From assembly GCA_030167865.1 (NCBI GenBank), contig JALAGF010006097.1, forward strand, positions 1-64,000: 64,000 bases of DNA. The letters are read 5' to 3'. How positions within the stretch are numbered: position 1 is the first letter of the stretch; every line of letters begins with the position of its first letter. Below are positions 11,064 to 23,485 of this stretch, piece after piece. Source of the DNA: Craspedostauros australis. Taxonomy: Eukaryota. The position numbers were made by a program, and so were the translations under genes. The notes beneath the pieces were generated by a model. That model worked only from the letters and a program-made list of their open reading frames with translations. It was not told where the DNA came from and did not search any database.

Positions 11064-12332
11064 ATTCGCTTGCGGATGATGTTCTGTGCAAATTGGTTAG
11101 TTGGTTGGTTATTGGTAGCTTGGTTTGGTTGGATGGATGTTTGACTAAACGAGAACATTTGCAGAAGGAGGGAACGGGCAATGGTGAGAAGAGAAGGGCA
11201 TTGAAGAGATGTCATCAGAGCTTCATAGACAGCAAAGTGATGGATGTACGAGTGCTCGATGGGATCAGTCGCCATGATCGTTTCTCAAGGCAGAAAGGCG
11301 ACGATGGGATAAGCCAAGGACTTCGTCATAGGTATGGTACGTACATGCTCGATGCAATTGCGCGTGATGAAGTCTGCGTCGATGTTTGAGTTGGAGTATT
11401 TTGGATTTTGTGAGGTGTGCGATTCTCTCCAGTTTTGTTGCGGACTCTTCGGTCTCCGCCCATCAATCTTTGGTTGAATTGCGCATCGCGCATTGCTTGC
11501 TGCGCATGATGCATACTGATTGTCATGCGATTCCACACGATCCCTCACGCTTCTCACGCATTCATTCTACAGCGCTCCGCAACCTTCCGCGATGGTGTTT
11601 CGATTTCATCTCACGATCGTTGTGTCCCACGATCCCCATCTCCGCATTCAAAGTTTCATTGAACGGCATCGCAGTACTGGGACCATTGCCGTGGTCATTC
11701 CGCTTGTTGCTGGATTCGGGAACGTCGCTTTCGTTGCCAACTGAATCGTTTTCTTCACCACCATCTTCGCTTGCTCTCGTTTCGATTGATGTGTGTCATG
11801 TCTTGACCATCATCGTGGGAAACCGTTTCTCCAGTTTTGTTCGTCAAACAAGACTAAAAGTATCTATTTATTCACGAACCACACAAAAAGAACGCGGCTG
11901 GCCCTTTCGCAAACGCCAATCTCATGTTTGACTTGATGCTGGCGTCTGTCGCCGCTGCAGAAACAAGACATGCAGCAGAGAGCAACGAGGGCGGAAGTGG
12001 ATCAGGGACCCGTAGAGTAAATGTGAGTATGAATGAGACGGCGTTTGAAATGTAACCAGTGGTCTTTGTGGTGAGGCGCCCGAGACAGCACTGTTGCGAA
12101 CGGACAGCAGAGCTGATAGCGTGGCACACGGGAAGAATTGAATGTCGTCGTCGCTCGACGACGTTGCGGACGTTTGCTGAACGCGTGATGGACACTTACA
12201 GCAAGGAAACTCAATACAGTAGTCGCATAGTCTTATTCAGAGGGCGGTGAATGGTGGTGACTGGTGGTGACTTCGAGAGGATGTGAAAGCAGATTGAAAC
12301 TCCTACTTTTGTGGTAGCGCTGATGATCGTGG

Positions 12333-13250
12333 TCAGATGAGATTGTGATTTTCCATGCCTTCATTCTGTCTTTTGTTGTTGGCTGACATTTTCTTTCGAA
12401 CCAAATGGAGCAGGGACGGGCGATGCATGTCAGAATCCAAATACACACACTCGCAATCATGGAAACAGCCATACATCTCCATCACTGACATGTTGTCGAA
12501 CCCATCAACTCCGGCGCTGCTTACCTTGCTCTGTTGGCTCGCAAGACGAAGCTCCTTCATCAGGCCAGCACATCCTGCCAGTCTGAAAATTGTGGATTGT
12601 TATGTAGCACGTTCGTGGTGTCAGTTGCCATTCGAATGGCCGCGTCCTTCAGCATCATGCAATCATGTTGATCCGCAAAGAGGAACAGCTCAATCCGGGC
12701 ATTCGGGAGCAGATACGTGTGGATCAACTTGGCTTCGATGTGGATGATCTTGAGTTGCTAGCAATGGAAGTGCCCAGCAACGATCAACAGCTGTTGCAGG
12801 TTGTCCAGGCCAGAGGCTTGTCATCGCCATCGATGAATGATGTACCGCCTGAGTAGATGTGCCGTTTCGGACATACGCGGGGTCGAAGTCTGGAAATGGG
12901 ATTCTGCGCTTGTGCCTTGTGACTGATGGAACCAGGATGCTATCTTCGCAATCGATGCTTTGATCGAGCACCGCCTTGATGGATGGCACCGCAACCAACA
13001 TGATTGCGCTGCGTGCGTTGTTTGTTTGTTGTTGATCGCCTCGGCCAACGATGAAGACAGTGTCCGCCATGGTGCCGTTTTCGAAAGCATTGGACTTGTC
13101 CATGGCAATGCTGTTGCGACAAGTTTGCAGGAATTTGTCGGTTGTCTCGGCAGTTCTCTGTTGCTTCAGGTATACTCTCGTGAAGTACGTTGAGAGATAG
13201 CTTGAATTCTGAAGGAATCTGCTGCTGCTGGCGATCTGCAAAGGCGTTTG
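12333..13250 (-). pseudogene. Degraded ankyrin-BTB paralog
   Basis: Pieces in different frames match the gene at 16006-17214: TPLQIA, AFENGTMADTVFIVGRGDQQQ, LLIVAGHFHC*QLK (TAG at 12758-12760 where the paralog has Trp), and MSVMEMYGC...MHRPSLLHLVRK. Frameshifts are present and most ankyrin repeats are missing. Confidence 0.85.
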
Positions 13251-13435
13251 GCACTGATCAGTCAATCACAGGTGTCTATTGTTCCATGTCTACGTACTTA
13301 TCTGTTTTGTCTCCATCAGTCTATTGTATGTATTGGTGTGGGATTGCGATCGCGTTTTCTTTGCGCATGACGCCGCGTAGTTTCCCGGCGCTGCTGGCCG
13401 CTCCTCGTGTGAACGCATGCGCATCATCCTGACGA

Positions 13436-15268
13436 TCACGCCACCTTCTTCTTTTTGCTGTCGTCATCATCCGACATGCCCAGCAGCTCCCGGATCGGAC
13501 GGAATCCCCAGAAGGTCGGATACTGGCGCTTGTCGTTGAAGTTGTTGAGCAGCGTGGCCAGGACCACGGCCACCGCGTTGGCCATGAGCATGATCCACAC
13601 CTGATTCCACGTGAACCGTCCCGTGCTGAAGAGCAGAGCCGCCGCTCCAGCCGGCGGATGCGTGATGCCGAGCTTGACCATGACGCCGACTGCCAGGGCC
13701 GTCGCCAGCGACTGCCGCAGCCATGGTTCCACCGAATCGAGCTGCGCGATCGATTGCGAGATGACGAGCGAGAGGAATTGGCCGACCAACGCATTTCTGG
13801 GTTGCGATGCGGGGGCGGCCGTCAGACCGTACTGCAGCGTCATGAGTGCTCCGAAGGGTCTGTGATGTGCAGGAGTTGCGCACAACAGTGCAATGCAATT
13901 TGTTTGCGTGAGTTGATGTGTCATCGTATTTGGACAGTTCATACGTACTTGCAGCCACACCGAACATTCATTCCACCATCCTCATTTCCATTCCAAGTCG
14001 CCGCCACCACACAATGAAAGAAACAAAACACAACAAAAAGTATATTGTATGCACCGCACTCACCCCAGTACAACCGCAAAATCCTTGCCATGCTCGTCGA
14101 CGAGCGCCTTGCTGATGTTGGTGATGACGAGCAACGAGATGAATGCGGAAATGAAGGACCATATCGCCTGATCCCACATGAAGAATGGCGGACCGCGCAC
14201 GTTGGCGCCGAAGAATTTCTGGTAGGACGATTTGGCCTTGTGGATGACGAGATTGGTCACGTCCGTGCAGGCATCGTCCGTGCTGCCATCGAGCTTGGTA
14301 CCGAGATGCATCGACGGATGCTTGTCGGGATTCGTGGCATCGAAGCGAGTTGATTCGCTCTCTACGAGAGCTTCGAGCGCCTTGGCTCCGAACTTCATGA
14401 CGGCGCGCAGCTTGGCCTTGACGCGCTTCAGCGTGCTGCGCAATTCGGCCTTGCGCGCGTCGACCGATGCCTGGCGCGGGCCTCGCAGACCGTAGGCGGC
14501 GCCGATGAGCAAGGTCGCGTGCATGAGGTAGGATTCGTTGGTGGGGCTGCTGAGACGCGAGAAGTCGATCGTGTCACGCGCCATGTAGACGACGATGCCC
14601 TCGTTGCCGCCCATCTGGAAGGGAACGCCGGCGGCCCAACCGAGGCGGCAGTTGGCCATGTGGATCATGCGCGGGTTGTAGGGCTGGTCGGGATCGTCGG
14701 CCAGCGGTCGCACCTCCCTCCACAGAATGCGCGTCGCCATGTTGGACGTGTCGAACTGGGCGTTGCCGGGCGTCTCGGCCGTGCCCGCATTCGACCTCTC
14801 GCTCAAGTTGGTGACGGCTCTCTGGCTCTGTCCGCCGAACCTGACCGTGCTGCCCCTCTGCGCCCCGGCCCACAAGGCGCCTGGCAGCCCGCATCCCGGC
14901 GCCAGCGGATGGGCCGCGATGTAGTCGGGATGTTCCGGATCCACGAGCTTCGTGAGAAGATGCTCATCGTCGGAGGCTTGGTAGACGGGGTCGACCCACC
15001 AGCCGTTCTGCGGACGGTACAGGTGCGTCTTGCTGTCGTTGAGGACCCACACTTCGACGAACACCGTTCCGAATGCCCAGCGCCCCGCATCCTTCACTGC
15101 GCGCAGCAGGAGATCGTTGTCGAAGTCATCATGCTCTTCGCCTGCAGTGGCGAACCGGGTGATGGGTTGTGGGGGAGTCTCGATGTCTCGCGGAGGCTCC
15201 ACTCCTCTTCCCGAGTCCGTAACTGTAGCTGAAGCTGAAGCTGTGGATGCGGATGGTAGTAGCGCCAT
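13436..15268 (-). CDS. HPP-family membrane protein with an N-terminal GAF-like domain
   Basis: Exons 15268-14064 and 13859-13436. The GT..AG intron 14063-13860 joins in frame to give VVLGPFGALMTLQYGLTAAPASQPRN. Signature THPPAGAAAL is present. The N-terminal region has VEVW, PGCGLPGALW and AAGVPF...GIVVY, as in GAF domains. Confidence 0.85.
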
Positions 15269-16005
15269 GTTGATGGTGGTTCGGTTGATAGCTCGTTGTG
15301 GTGCTTGGTATGACCTATTATACAATACTGTACGACGACCACGACGACAACGACGAGGAGGATGAGGATGAATGAGGCATCAAACGGTTCAGGCACAATG
15401 TTGTGGTGCGTCTTTTGCGGTCGATGGATTCTCTTCTTTCCAGACCGGAGGTGTCGATGCGAGATGGGGTTGCGGAGTGTGTCCAACACCCGTTGCCCGT
15501 GGCAGCGGAGAACAATCTGTTGGTGGTTCGTCTGTCTTGCCATGGAGTCGTGTTGACACGGAACATCCTTGAAGGTGCTCGCGTGCAGCGTAGCGCAGCC
15601 AGTCGGTCATCGTGTCTTGTTGGAGTGAAGTCGCGCAGATGGTTCACTGAGAACACACCGTTGCCCCTCGACGAAACGAATCGGTGATCTTTGCTTCATG
15701 CGTTGGGCATGCAGTTTCATCACCCTTGGTGATCCGTGAATGTCAACATGTTCCACATCAATGGAGAACTCAAAATGCCGGACTTTCAGCTCCTTCATGT
15801 GAAGCTCGCGGAGTATCCGATGAGACACTCCACGTCACAACAGTCGTGGGAGTGAGTTTGCAACGTGGAGAGACGGACGGACGGAATCTCTCGTTGAATA
15901 AACAAGAAGAACAAAGAAAACTTTCTTGATTTATTGGTGCTATTACCGTGCCTTCCATTTCGTTTCTCGAATTCTGCGCTCATTTCACAATCACAACCAT
16001 CTGCT

Positions 16006-17214
16006 CTACTCGGTCTTGGCGGATATGGACTTCCGCACGAGCTCAAGCAAGGACGGACGGTCCATGTAAGACTCAAGACGCACGTCCTTGCAATCATTCA
16101 AACAGCCATACAGCTCCACCATCGACTTCTTCTCATACTCGTCGTCGCTGCTGTTGTCCTTGCTGTCCTTGTGAGCAAGATGGATCGCCTTCATCAGATC
16201 GACGCATCCACCCAGTTTGTGGAACTGCGGATCAGAAAGTAGCGCGCTCGCATCCTTCGCCGCAAGTCGGACGGCCGAATCCTTCAACACTTCGCACTCA
16301 TGCTCATTGGCGAAGAGCAACAGGTCTATCAACGTTGGTTGCATGAGATGCTCAGCAACCAACTTGGCTTCGATGGCGACTTTGAGTTGCCAACAACCGA
16401 AATGAGCCGCAACGATCAGCAGTTGCTGTAGATTGCCCATGTTGGCCATGTCGTCGTCATCCAAGAATGATGTATCAGCTGAGTAGATGTACTGGAGAAT
16501 GTAACGAACATGTTCGGGATGGAAGTCCGGTAGAGGGATGATGCCATCGCTTGTGCTGTCTGCCGAAGCCTCGGTCTCAACTTGATCGCCAATGCTCTGA
16601 TCGATTATCGCCTGGATGGATGGTATGGTGACAAGAAGAATACCGCTGTACGCCTTGATTTGTTGCTGTTGATCATCACGGCCGACGAGGAAGGTGATGT
16701 CCGCCATCCTGTTGTTTTGGAAAGCATCGAGTCTCTGCTGATTAATGTTGTTGTGGTTCGTCCGGAAAAGTGCATGAGTCACCTTGGCGCTGTGCACGAA
16801 CTCCGAAGCAACTGGTTTGAGTGGGTTTGATAGGTACTTCACGATAGCAGCATTGTTGGAGTTCTCAGCAACCTGCAACGCTGTTTGTTGCTTGTTGTTT
16901 ACGATTGTGATATCTGCTTGGCAGGATTCCACGAGGTACTTGACGACTTCCAAATGGTTGGCAGAACATGCGTAGTCGAGTGCTGTTCGTCCTGGAGTAC
17001 CTTTGGCATCGACTGTTGCGTCGCAGGATTCCACCAAGTACTTCGCAATGTTTAGTTTGCCACTCACGCATGCATAGTGAAGTGGCGTCTCGTGACGAGA
17101 AGTCTTTTCTGCGTCGATAGATACATGTGGGTTCGCTTGCTTCCATTTCTTGAAGATCTCTAAATTGCCCACGTGCGCAGCGTTGGTCAGCTGATCGATG
17201 CTGAAGGTCGCCAT
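16006..17214 (-). CDS. Ankyrin-repeat BTB/POZ protein
   Basis: ATG at 17214 (MATFSID). Ankyrin repeats ETPLHYACVSGKLNIA and TALDYACSANHLEVV. BTB MADITFLVG...ILQYIYSA...LLIVAAHFGCWQLK. Paralog of 9603-11063. Confidence 0.9.
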   Translation of the reverse strand: MATFSIDQLTNAAHVGNLEIFKKWKQANPHVSIDAEKTSRHETPLHYACVSGKLNIAKYLVESCDATVDAKGTPGRTALDYACSANHLEVVKYLVESCQADITIVNNKQQTALQVAENSNNAAIVKYLSNPLKPVASEFVHSAKVTHALFRTNHNNINQQRLDAFQNNRMADITFLVGRDDQQQQIKAYSGILLVTIPSIQAIIDQSIGDQVETEASADSTSDGIIPLPDFHPEHVRYILQYIYSADTSFLDDDDMANMGNLQQLLIVAAHFGCWQLKVAIEAKLVAEHLMQPTLIDLLLFANEHECEVLKDSAVRLAAKDASALLSDPQFHKLGGCVDLMKAIHLAHKDSKDNSSDDEYEKKSMVELYGCLNDCKDVRLESYMDRPSLLELVRKSISAKTE

Positions 17215-18540
17215 GGTCTGAGCCAGTATTGTGATTGGCGGATTGCTGTCAATGACGGAAATTATGGATCTTATCCGAAAGCGATCCCAAGGTCGGGTCG
17301 TCCTCGGTCCTTCCCGCGTTGTTGTTGGTTCGAGCCGAAGGCGGCATGGCGATTTCCTCGTGTGGAGCTGGCCGTGGCTTGAGTTCATCATTCTGGTTTC
17401 CTTGAGTTTTGTCGGTCGTGTCGGTTCCGTTTGTGTCAGGTCGCAACTGATGATATTCGTAATGCCATCGCCTGCTGGCGTGAGAGGCTCTGCCCACATA
17501 CTCGAGATCCTAGCAGCACCAGGATGACTGATGAAACGGAAGAGTCCCACGGTGGGCAGGAGTTGTCACGCGTGGCGCATTTCGATGCCTCTCGAGTTTT
17601 GCAAGCCAAGCGCCGTTCCGTCATGTCCACGCCGTCTTCGGAGCGTGCGCTTTGTTTGCGTCTTCGCTGTTGTATGATGCGATTTGCAGCTTCCACGCTG
17701 GATCTGTTCCACGAAGCACGATCGTACCCGCACATGCGTGAAGAATGTCGATGGTGCAATGACAAATCACACCCGTCCGATTCAACGCAGAGGGCCCACA
17801 CGATCGAGGTTGTATCTTGTCACGACCGCAAGCGCAATCGCAATCGCAACCACGATGGCCGAGTTGCAACTTGATGCTCGCCTCGCGAATCGGAGAAACC
17901 TCGTCAACATGGAAGATGTCGCAACGGACATGGACACGAACGGTTTGTCCGATAGACGTAGTTCGACGAGAGGAACAGCGTGCTTCAAACGTGCACATCC
18001 GGCACGATAAATCTGACGCAGAGGAAGAACAACTCACATCTGTCTTTCGCAAAGCCAACCAAACAGAGACAACGTTTTGTGTTCTTCTCAAATCGGCCAA
18101 CCATCAACAACAAGCAACACGATGGCAAGGAGTCCGCATCCCCATTCACATCCACATCGTCTCAGCCTTTCTCTCTGTGGTTGTGCACATGACACATGAC
18201 GCATGATACATCGCAAATGGCTATGATCAGCTCGTGAAACGAAGAGGAACAAAGGCACAATCATCGAAGAGGAACATTCATTCCAAGCGACACTTGCCAT
18301 CCGAGCCGCCATTCCGACCAAAGCAGGGGTTTTCCCGAAGAACAAAGGAGGGAAGATTGGAACAACAGAGAGAGGAGGGAAAGGATGTGAAAGACGCACC
18401 TCTCTGTTCACATCGGAGAGAACAAGGACGAGGATTGACTTGCATTGAGCAGCAGCAGCAGCAGTAGTATTGGCAGCAATCGCAGCCAGCCACAATCTGC
18501 ATACACGCGCACACACTCGTCAACGACAGAGGACGACGCC

Positions 18541-21500
18541 ATGGTGACTGCCCGATCGCAATCGAATCCCTTCCAAGATGCCTCCTTCCTCTCCAAGTGC
18601 TTCTTCCTGTGGGCCTGGCCGCTGCTGAATGCAGGACGGCGCAAGCCTCTGACGGAGGACGATCTATACGAAGTCTTGCACAGCGACAGCTCCGAGGAGG
18701 GATTGCGCCGCATGAAGAGCAACTACGAGAGCGGGAAATCCACCCGCTCTCTGTTCTCCATCCTCGCGATCGATTACTACAAGACCATGATCCTCGCGCA
18801 GGGCCTTCTCGTGTCCTCCATGACGGCACGCATCGTCCAAGCGATCGCGCTGGGAAATTTGCTGGATCAATTCCAGGATGATTCCACGGCCTCCCTGCAG
18901 GAAGGATGTCTGTGGACGGGCGTCATCATCGTGTGCGGCATGGTCATCTTCTTGTGCAAGCAGCGGCAGTTCTTCGAGACGTACCACAAAGGGATGCAAA
19001 TGAAGATCGGTCTCGTGGCCATGATCTTTGACAAATCATTGCGCCTTCCAGCCGATGTGCACGCGAGAGCCGTGGAAGATGATGCATCACAATCTACCGA
19101 TGGCGAAGCTCGTCCGAGATCGTTGGGCAACGCCGGCAATCTGGCCAGCAACGACGTGGAACGCTTCATCCATGCCTCCGTCATGGGAATCTATCTGCCG
19201 TGGGGACCTGTCGAGGCCATCGCCATCCTCATCATCGGTCTTCGCATCCTGGGCCCAGCATTTGCGTCGGGATACGTATTCCTTGCGGCATTTCTGTGCC
19301 TGCAAACGTACTTGAGCGGACGATTCGCCAAGGTCCGAGGCGAAGTTGCCGAGTGCACGGATTCCAGAGCAGCCATGATGGCGCAGGCGATTCATGGTGC
19401 CCGAGTCATGAAGATGAATGCCTGGGAGACCGAGTTCGAGCGGCGCATATCTCGCTTCCGATCCAACGAGTTGGACACGATTCATCGATCCAGCCGTCTC
19501 AAGGCGCTCAACGAGGCAGCGTACTTCGTCAGCAGTCTCGTGGTCTCGGCAATCGTCTTTGCCGTCCATGTCGCGATCGGAGGCACCTTGACGTCGCGCA
19601 ACGTCTTCTCATCCATGGCGCTCTTCAACATCCTCCAATTCACCATGACCAAGATCTTCGCCAATGCTGTCATGTCGGTGTCGGAATGTCACACATCCTG
19701 TGCGCGCATCGACACGTTCCTGCGCAAACCGGAAAAGGTGCAGGCAGAAGCCGCAGGCAACGGCAAATGCGATTGCGTTGGATCAGCCGAGATCATCACA
19801 GATGCTTCAGATGCAAAACATGCCGACGAACACTCCACGAGCGGGGACAATGACGCCAGTGACGAACACCCAACCATCTGCAAACTCAACAACGTCGCCA
19901 GCGTGTGGAGCAATACCAAGCTACCAGCAATACGCAACGTGGACATCGAGTTCACACGAGGCAGCGTGTACTGCGTGGTCGGCAGGGTCGGTGCTGGGAA
20001 GACGGGACTGCTGGATACCATTGCGGGAGAGAATGAAATCACCAAAGGCACCATGATCCAGTCCGGATCGCCAACGATGGCATTCGCGCCGCAGGATGCG
20101 TGGATCATGAACGGGACAGTCCGTGAGAACGTCCTGATGGGATGCGCCTACGACGAGACTTGGTACAATGAAATCATCCACGCGTGCAGCCTGCGAACGG
20201 ACCTGCAACAATTTGCAGATGGCGATGCCACAATGCTGGGCGACAAAGGGTTGCGCTGTAGCGGGGGGCAGCGATCGCGTATCAGTCTGGCGAGGGCGCT
20301 GTACCGTGACACCGACATCCTCGTGCTGGATGATCCGTTCAGCGCGGTCGATGCCAAGGTCGGGCGGTGGTTGAAGGAACATGCGATCGAATCGATCGCG
20401 TTGACACGCAACAAATGCATCATCATTGCGACCCATCAATATCACTTGTTTCCTTCCGCGACCTTCATCGTGATGCAGGACGGGGCCGTGGCAGCGAAGG
20501 GGACTCTGGTCGAGTGTGCCAATGCTGTTGATGGAGTGCTGGATCAGCACAATGGTACACGTAGCACGAGCGACAACACCTCCGAGGATCAGAGCGATTC
20601 ACAAGACACCCACAACGACGACGTTGACACAGCGTCAGCAGCCAACACTACTGCGACCACAGCCTTGGATGAGGACAAGGAAGGTCCGTCGAAGCTGGTG
20701 TCAGCACCAGCAACACCCACGGCAGCACCAGAAGCAGCGACACCGACACTGTCAAAACAAGACACAGCCACGGTGCTCAAGGAAGGTAGATCAACCGGCG
20801 TGTTGAAGTCAGAGACTTGGTCGCGATACGCCAACGCCATGGGCGGTGTCTGGGTCCCCATCCTGCTTGCGACAGTCTTTGCAGGCACACAAGTCTCCAG
20901 TCTGGTGAGCATTGTGCAGCTCGGGAAATGGGCGGACGCGTCGGAGGAGGCACAGGACTCCGACGAATGGCTCCGTTCCATCTTCCTCCTGGTACTGTCG
21001 ACGATCCTTCTCGCCATTGCGAGGGCAGTCATCTCATTCTATTTCTGCATTCGGGCATCATCCCACCTCCACCAATCCATGGTGCGGTCGGTGTTGAGAG
21101 CGGAGATCACGTTCTTCGATGTCAACCCGTCTGGTCGCATCATCAACCGTTTTGCTGCAGACACCGGCGTCGCCGACGAAGTCCTTCCGCTGACCATCTA
21201 CGATTTCTTGGTGGGCTGCTTCATGGCGCTGGGTGGCGTGGTGACCGCCATCACCGTGCTCCCGTTGATTTTCGTGGCGATGCCACCCATCGTCTGGTTC
21301 TTCCTACACATCCGAACCATTTTCGTCACCAACACACGAGAGATCAAGCGCATGGAGGGACTTGCTCGTTCCCCAATTTTCGAGATGCTCGCCGAGTCGG
21401 CACAGGGCATCAAGACAATCCAATGCAACGGATCCGTCGCCTACTTCGAGGATCGATTCCGCGAAGCCCAGGACGCACACACGAGAGCAGCCTTCGCATT

Positions 21501-23018
21501 TGTCGCCGCCTCCCGATGGTTTGCGACGAGGGTCGAGTACACGACTTGGTTCCTCCTCACGATGGGCACCTCGCTATCTGTGCTCTTCAACCATTACGGT
21601 AAGATGAATGGACCTTTGTCCCCTGTGCTCGTATTCGTACGTATGTGGCGTGCGAGCACTTGTGAATGTATCAATGGCATGCTGCAACCATCCCCTTGCA
21701 AAATCAATGTGACCTCACCAGTTCATCTCAATTGCTTGCGTCGTTATCTCGTTCGTCATCTTCCAATGCACATATGGTACGTGTACGTAACTTCTTGCAT
21801 CCATGGCACGAACAGGATGGTTCAACGTGAGTCCTGCCGTCTTGGGGCTCGCGCTAACGCTGCTGCTGCAACTCGCAGGTACCAATCTGCCCTGGATCGT
21901 GCGCCAATCAGCAGAAGTAGTTAACCAGATGATATCCGTGGAACGCATGGTCGAGTACACAGACATCCCATCGGAAGCGGAGCTGAAGACGGAGGTGGAC
22001 GATAAATTGCAAGATTGGCCGCAAAGACCAACCATCGTGGCGAGCAACCTGAGCGTGCGATACCGCCCGGACCTTCCTTTGGTGCTCAGCGATGTGGACT
22101 TCACATTGGAATCGGGCACGTGGTGTGGCGTCGTTGGACGGTAAGTGAGGTGCACCTGTGATTGTATTCGTCTGCTGCAGACACACAGAGTGTTGTGACG
22201 ATGCGATTGAAGTGTGATCATGTTGGTGCGTATCCATCCGCGTGCGCACCTCGCACCAGCAGATGCGATTGGTTTGCTGCTGCTACGCCCCCTCTCATGC
22301 ACTCACCTTTGTGTCTCGACGCCAACTTGATTCATTCTCTTCCGAATGCAGAACTGGATCCGGCAAAAGCACGGCGGTCCAATGCTTGCTTCGGCTGCTG
22401 GAGTGCTGCGATGGGCGCATCGAAATAGATGGCGTCGATATCCGCAGCTTGGGGCTGCACAAGCTCCGGCTCGCCACATCCGTGCTACCCCAAACGCCAA
22501 TCCTGTTCGATGGTGTTAGCATCCGCGAAAACTTGGATCCCATTGGGGCATGCGACGACGATCTGGTCTGGAGCGCGCTCGAAGATGTGCAGATGGCATC
22601 CGTCATCCGTGATCTGCCCGGACGCCTCTCCTGCACCTCCACCAGCTTCAGCACGGGCCAGAAGCAGCTTCTGTGCCTGGCGCGTGCCATCCTGCGCAAG
22701 AGCTCCATCTTGATCCTGGACGAGGCCACCGCCAACGTCGACCTTCACACGGAGGAGCTGCTGCGCGTTGCGCTCCAGAAACGTTTCCAGAACTCCACGA
22801 TCCTTGCGATCGCGCATCGTCTGGACACCGTGATCGACTACGATCAGATCATCGTTATCGACGCAGGCAAGATCCTTGAAACGGGTTCGCCCGAAGAGTT
22901 GCTGTCATCTGAGGATGGGGCGTTCACGTCCATGGTTGACCAGTGTGGAGAAGAGGCCGCGAAGATGCTGAAGGCGAAAGCACGAGAAAGAGCAACGACT
23001 GACAAAAGCGTACCATGA
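18541..23018 (+). CDS. ABCC/MRP-type full-size ABC transporter (no TMD0)
   Basis: Exons ~18541-21598, 21816-22140 and 22352-23018 with canonical GT-AG introns. NBD1: GRVGAGKT, CSGGQ, ILVLDD. NBD2: GRTGSGKS (formed by splicing), FSTGQ, ILILDEATANVD. Also FFDVNPSGRIINRF. Start codon uncertain. Confidence 0.95.
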
Positions 23019-23485
23019 AGTATCAGCCGATCTGCTCTACTCCACTGGTCCTTTGGGGAAGAAAGCAGAAGCGCTGCTCGACTACAATCGAAAGTCTCGA
23101 AAGCTAACTTAGATATCCATAGACTGGTTTAGTCAACACCTTCCCGCCAAAATTTTGAGACAGTTAAGCAGACGTTAACGCAATGTCCTCATTGTTTTCG
23201 TTCTCGCGAGAAACGACAAAACGCCCCAAACCACGACAAAACGCAACGCAAAATCGCGAGGATTGCTCTCGTGTGTGTTGCAAGCGTTGACGTTGATGTC
23301 GGTAGATGGATGGATGATGTTTGGATTGGAACTCATTCGGATCCACAAAAACACAATAGAGTACCAACACACACTGCCACACTGCCAAGTTGTTCACCGA
23401 CGAACGACACGAGTAGTACGCCACGACTAGCTCGTCCATTGACGATAGCGTGTGTGGGAATCGCGTTCATAGGGAAAGGAGGAAG

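Noticed and set aside
11386..12250. Short ORFs between the ankyrin-BTB gene and its pseudogene
   Set aside because: No recognisable domain or consistent splice model.
17215..17550. 112-aa N-terminal extension of the ankyrin-BTB ORF
   Set aside because: The paralog at 9603-11063 begins at the position equivalent to ATG 17214, and the extension has no recognisable features. It cannot be fully excluded.
21599..21924. C-terminal part of the 1159-aa ORF as a coding ABC tail
   Set aside because: It is read-through into an intron (GT at 21599, AG at 21815); the true frame continues in the next exon.
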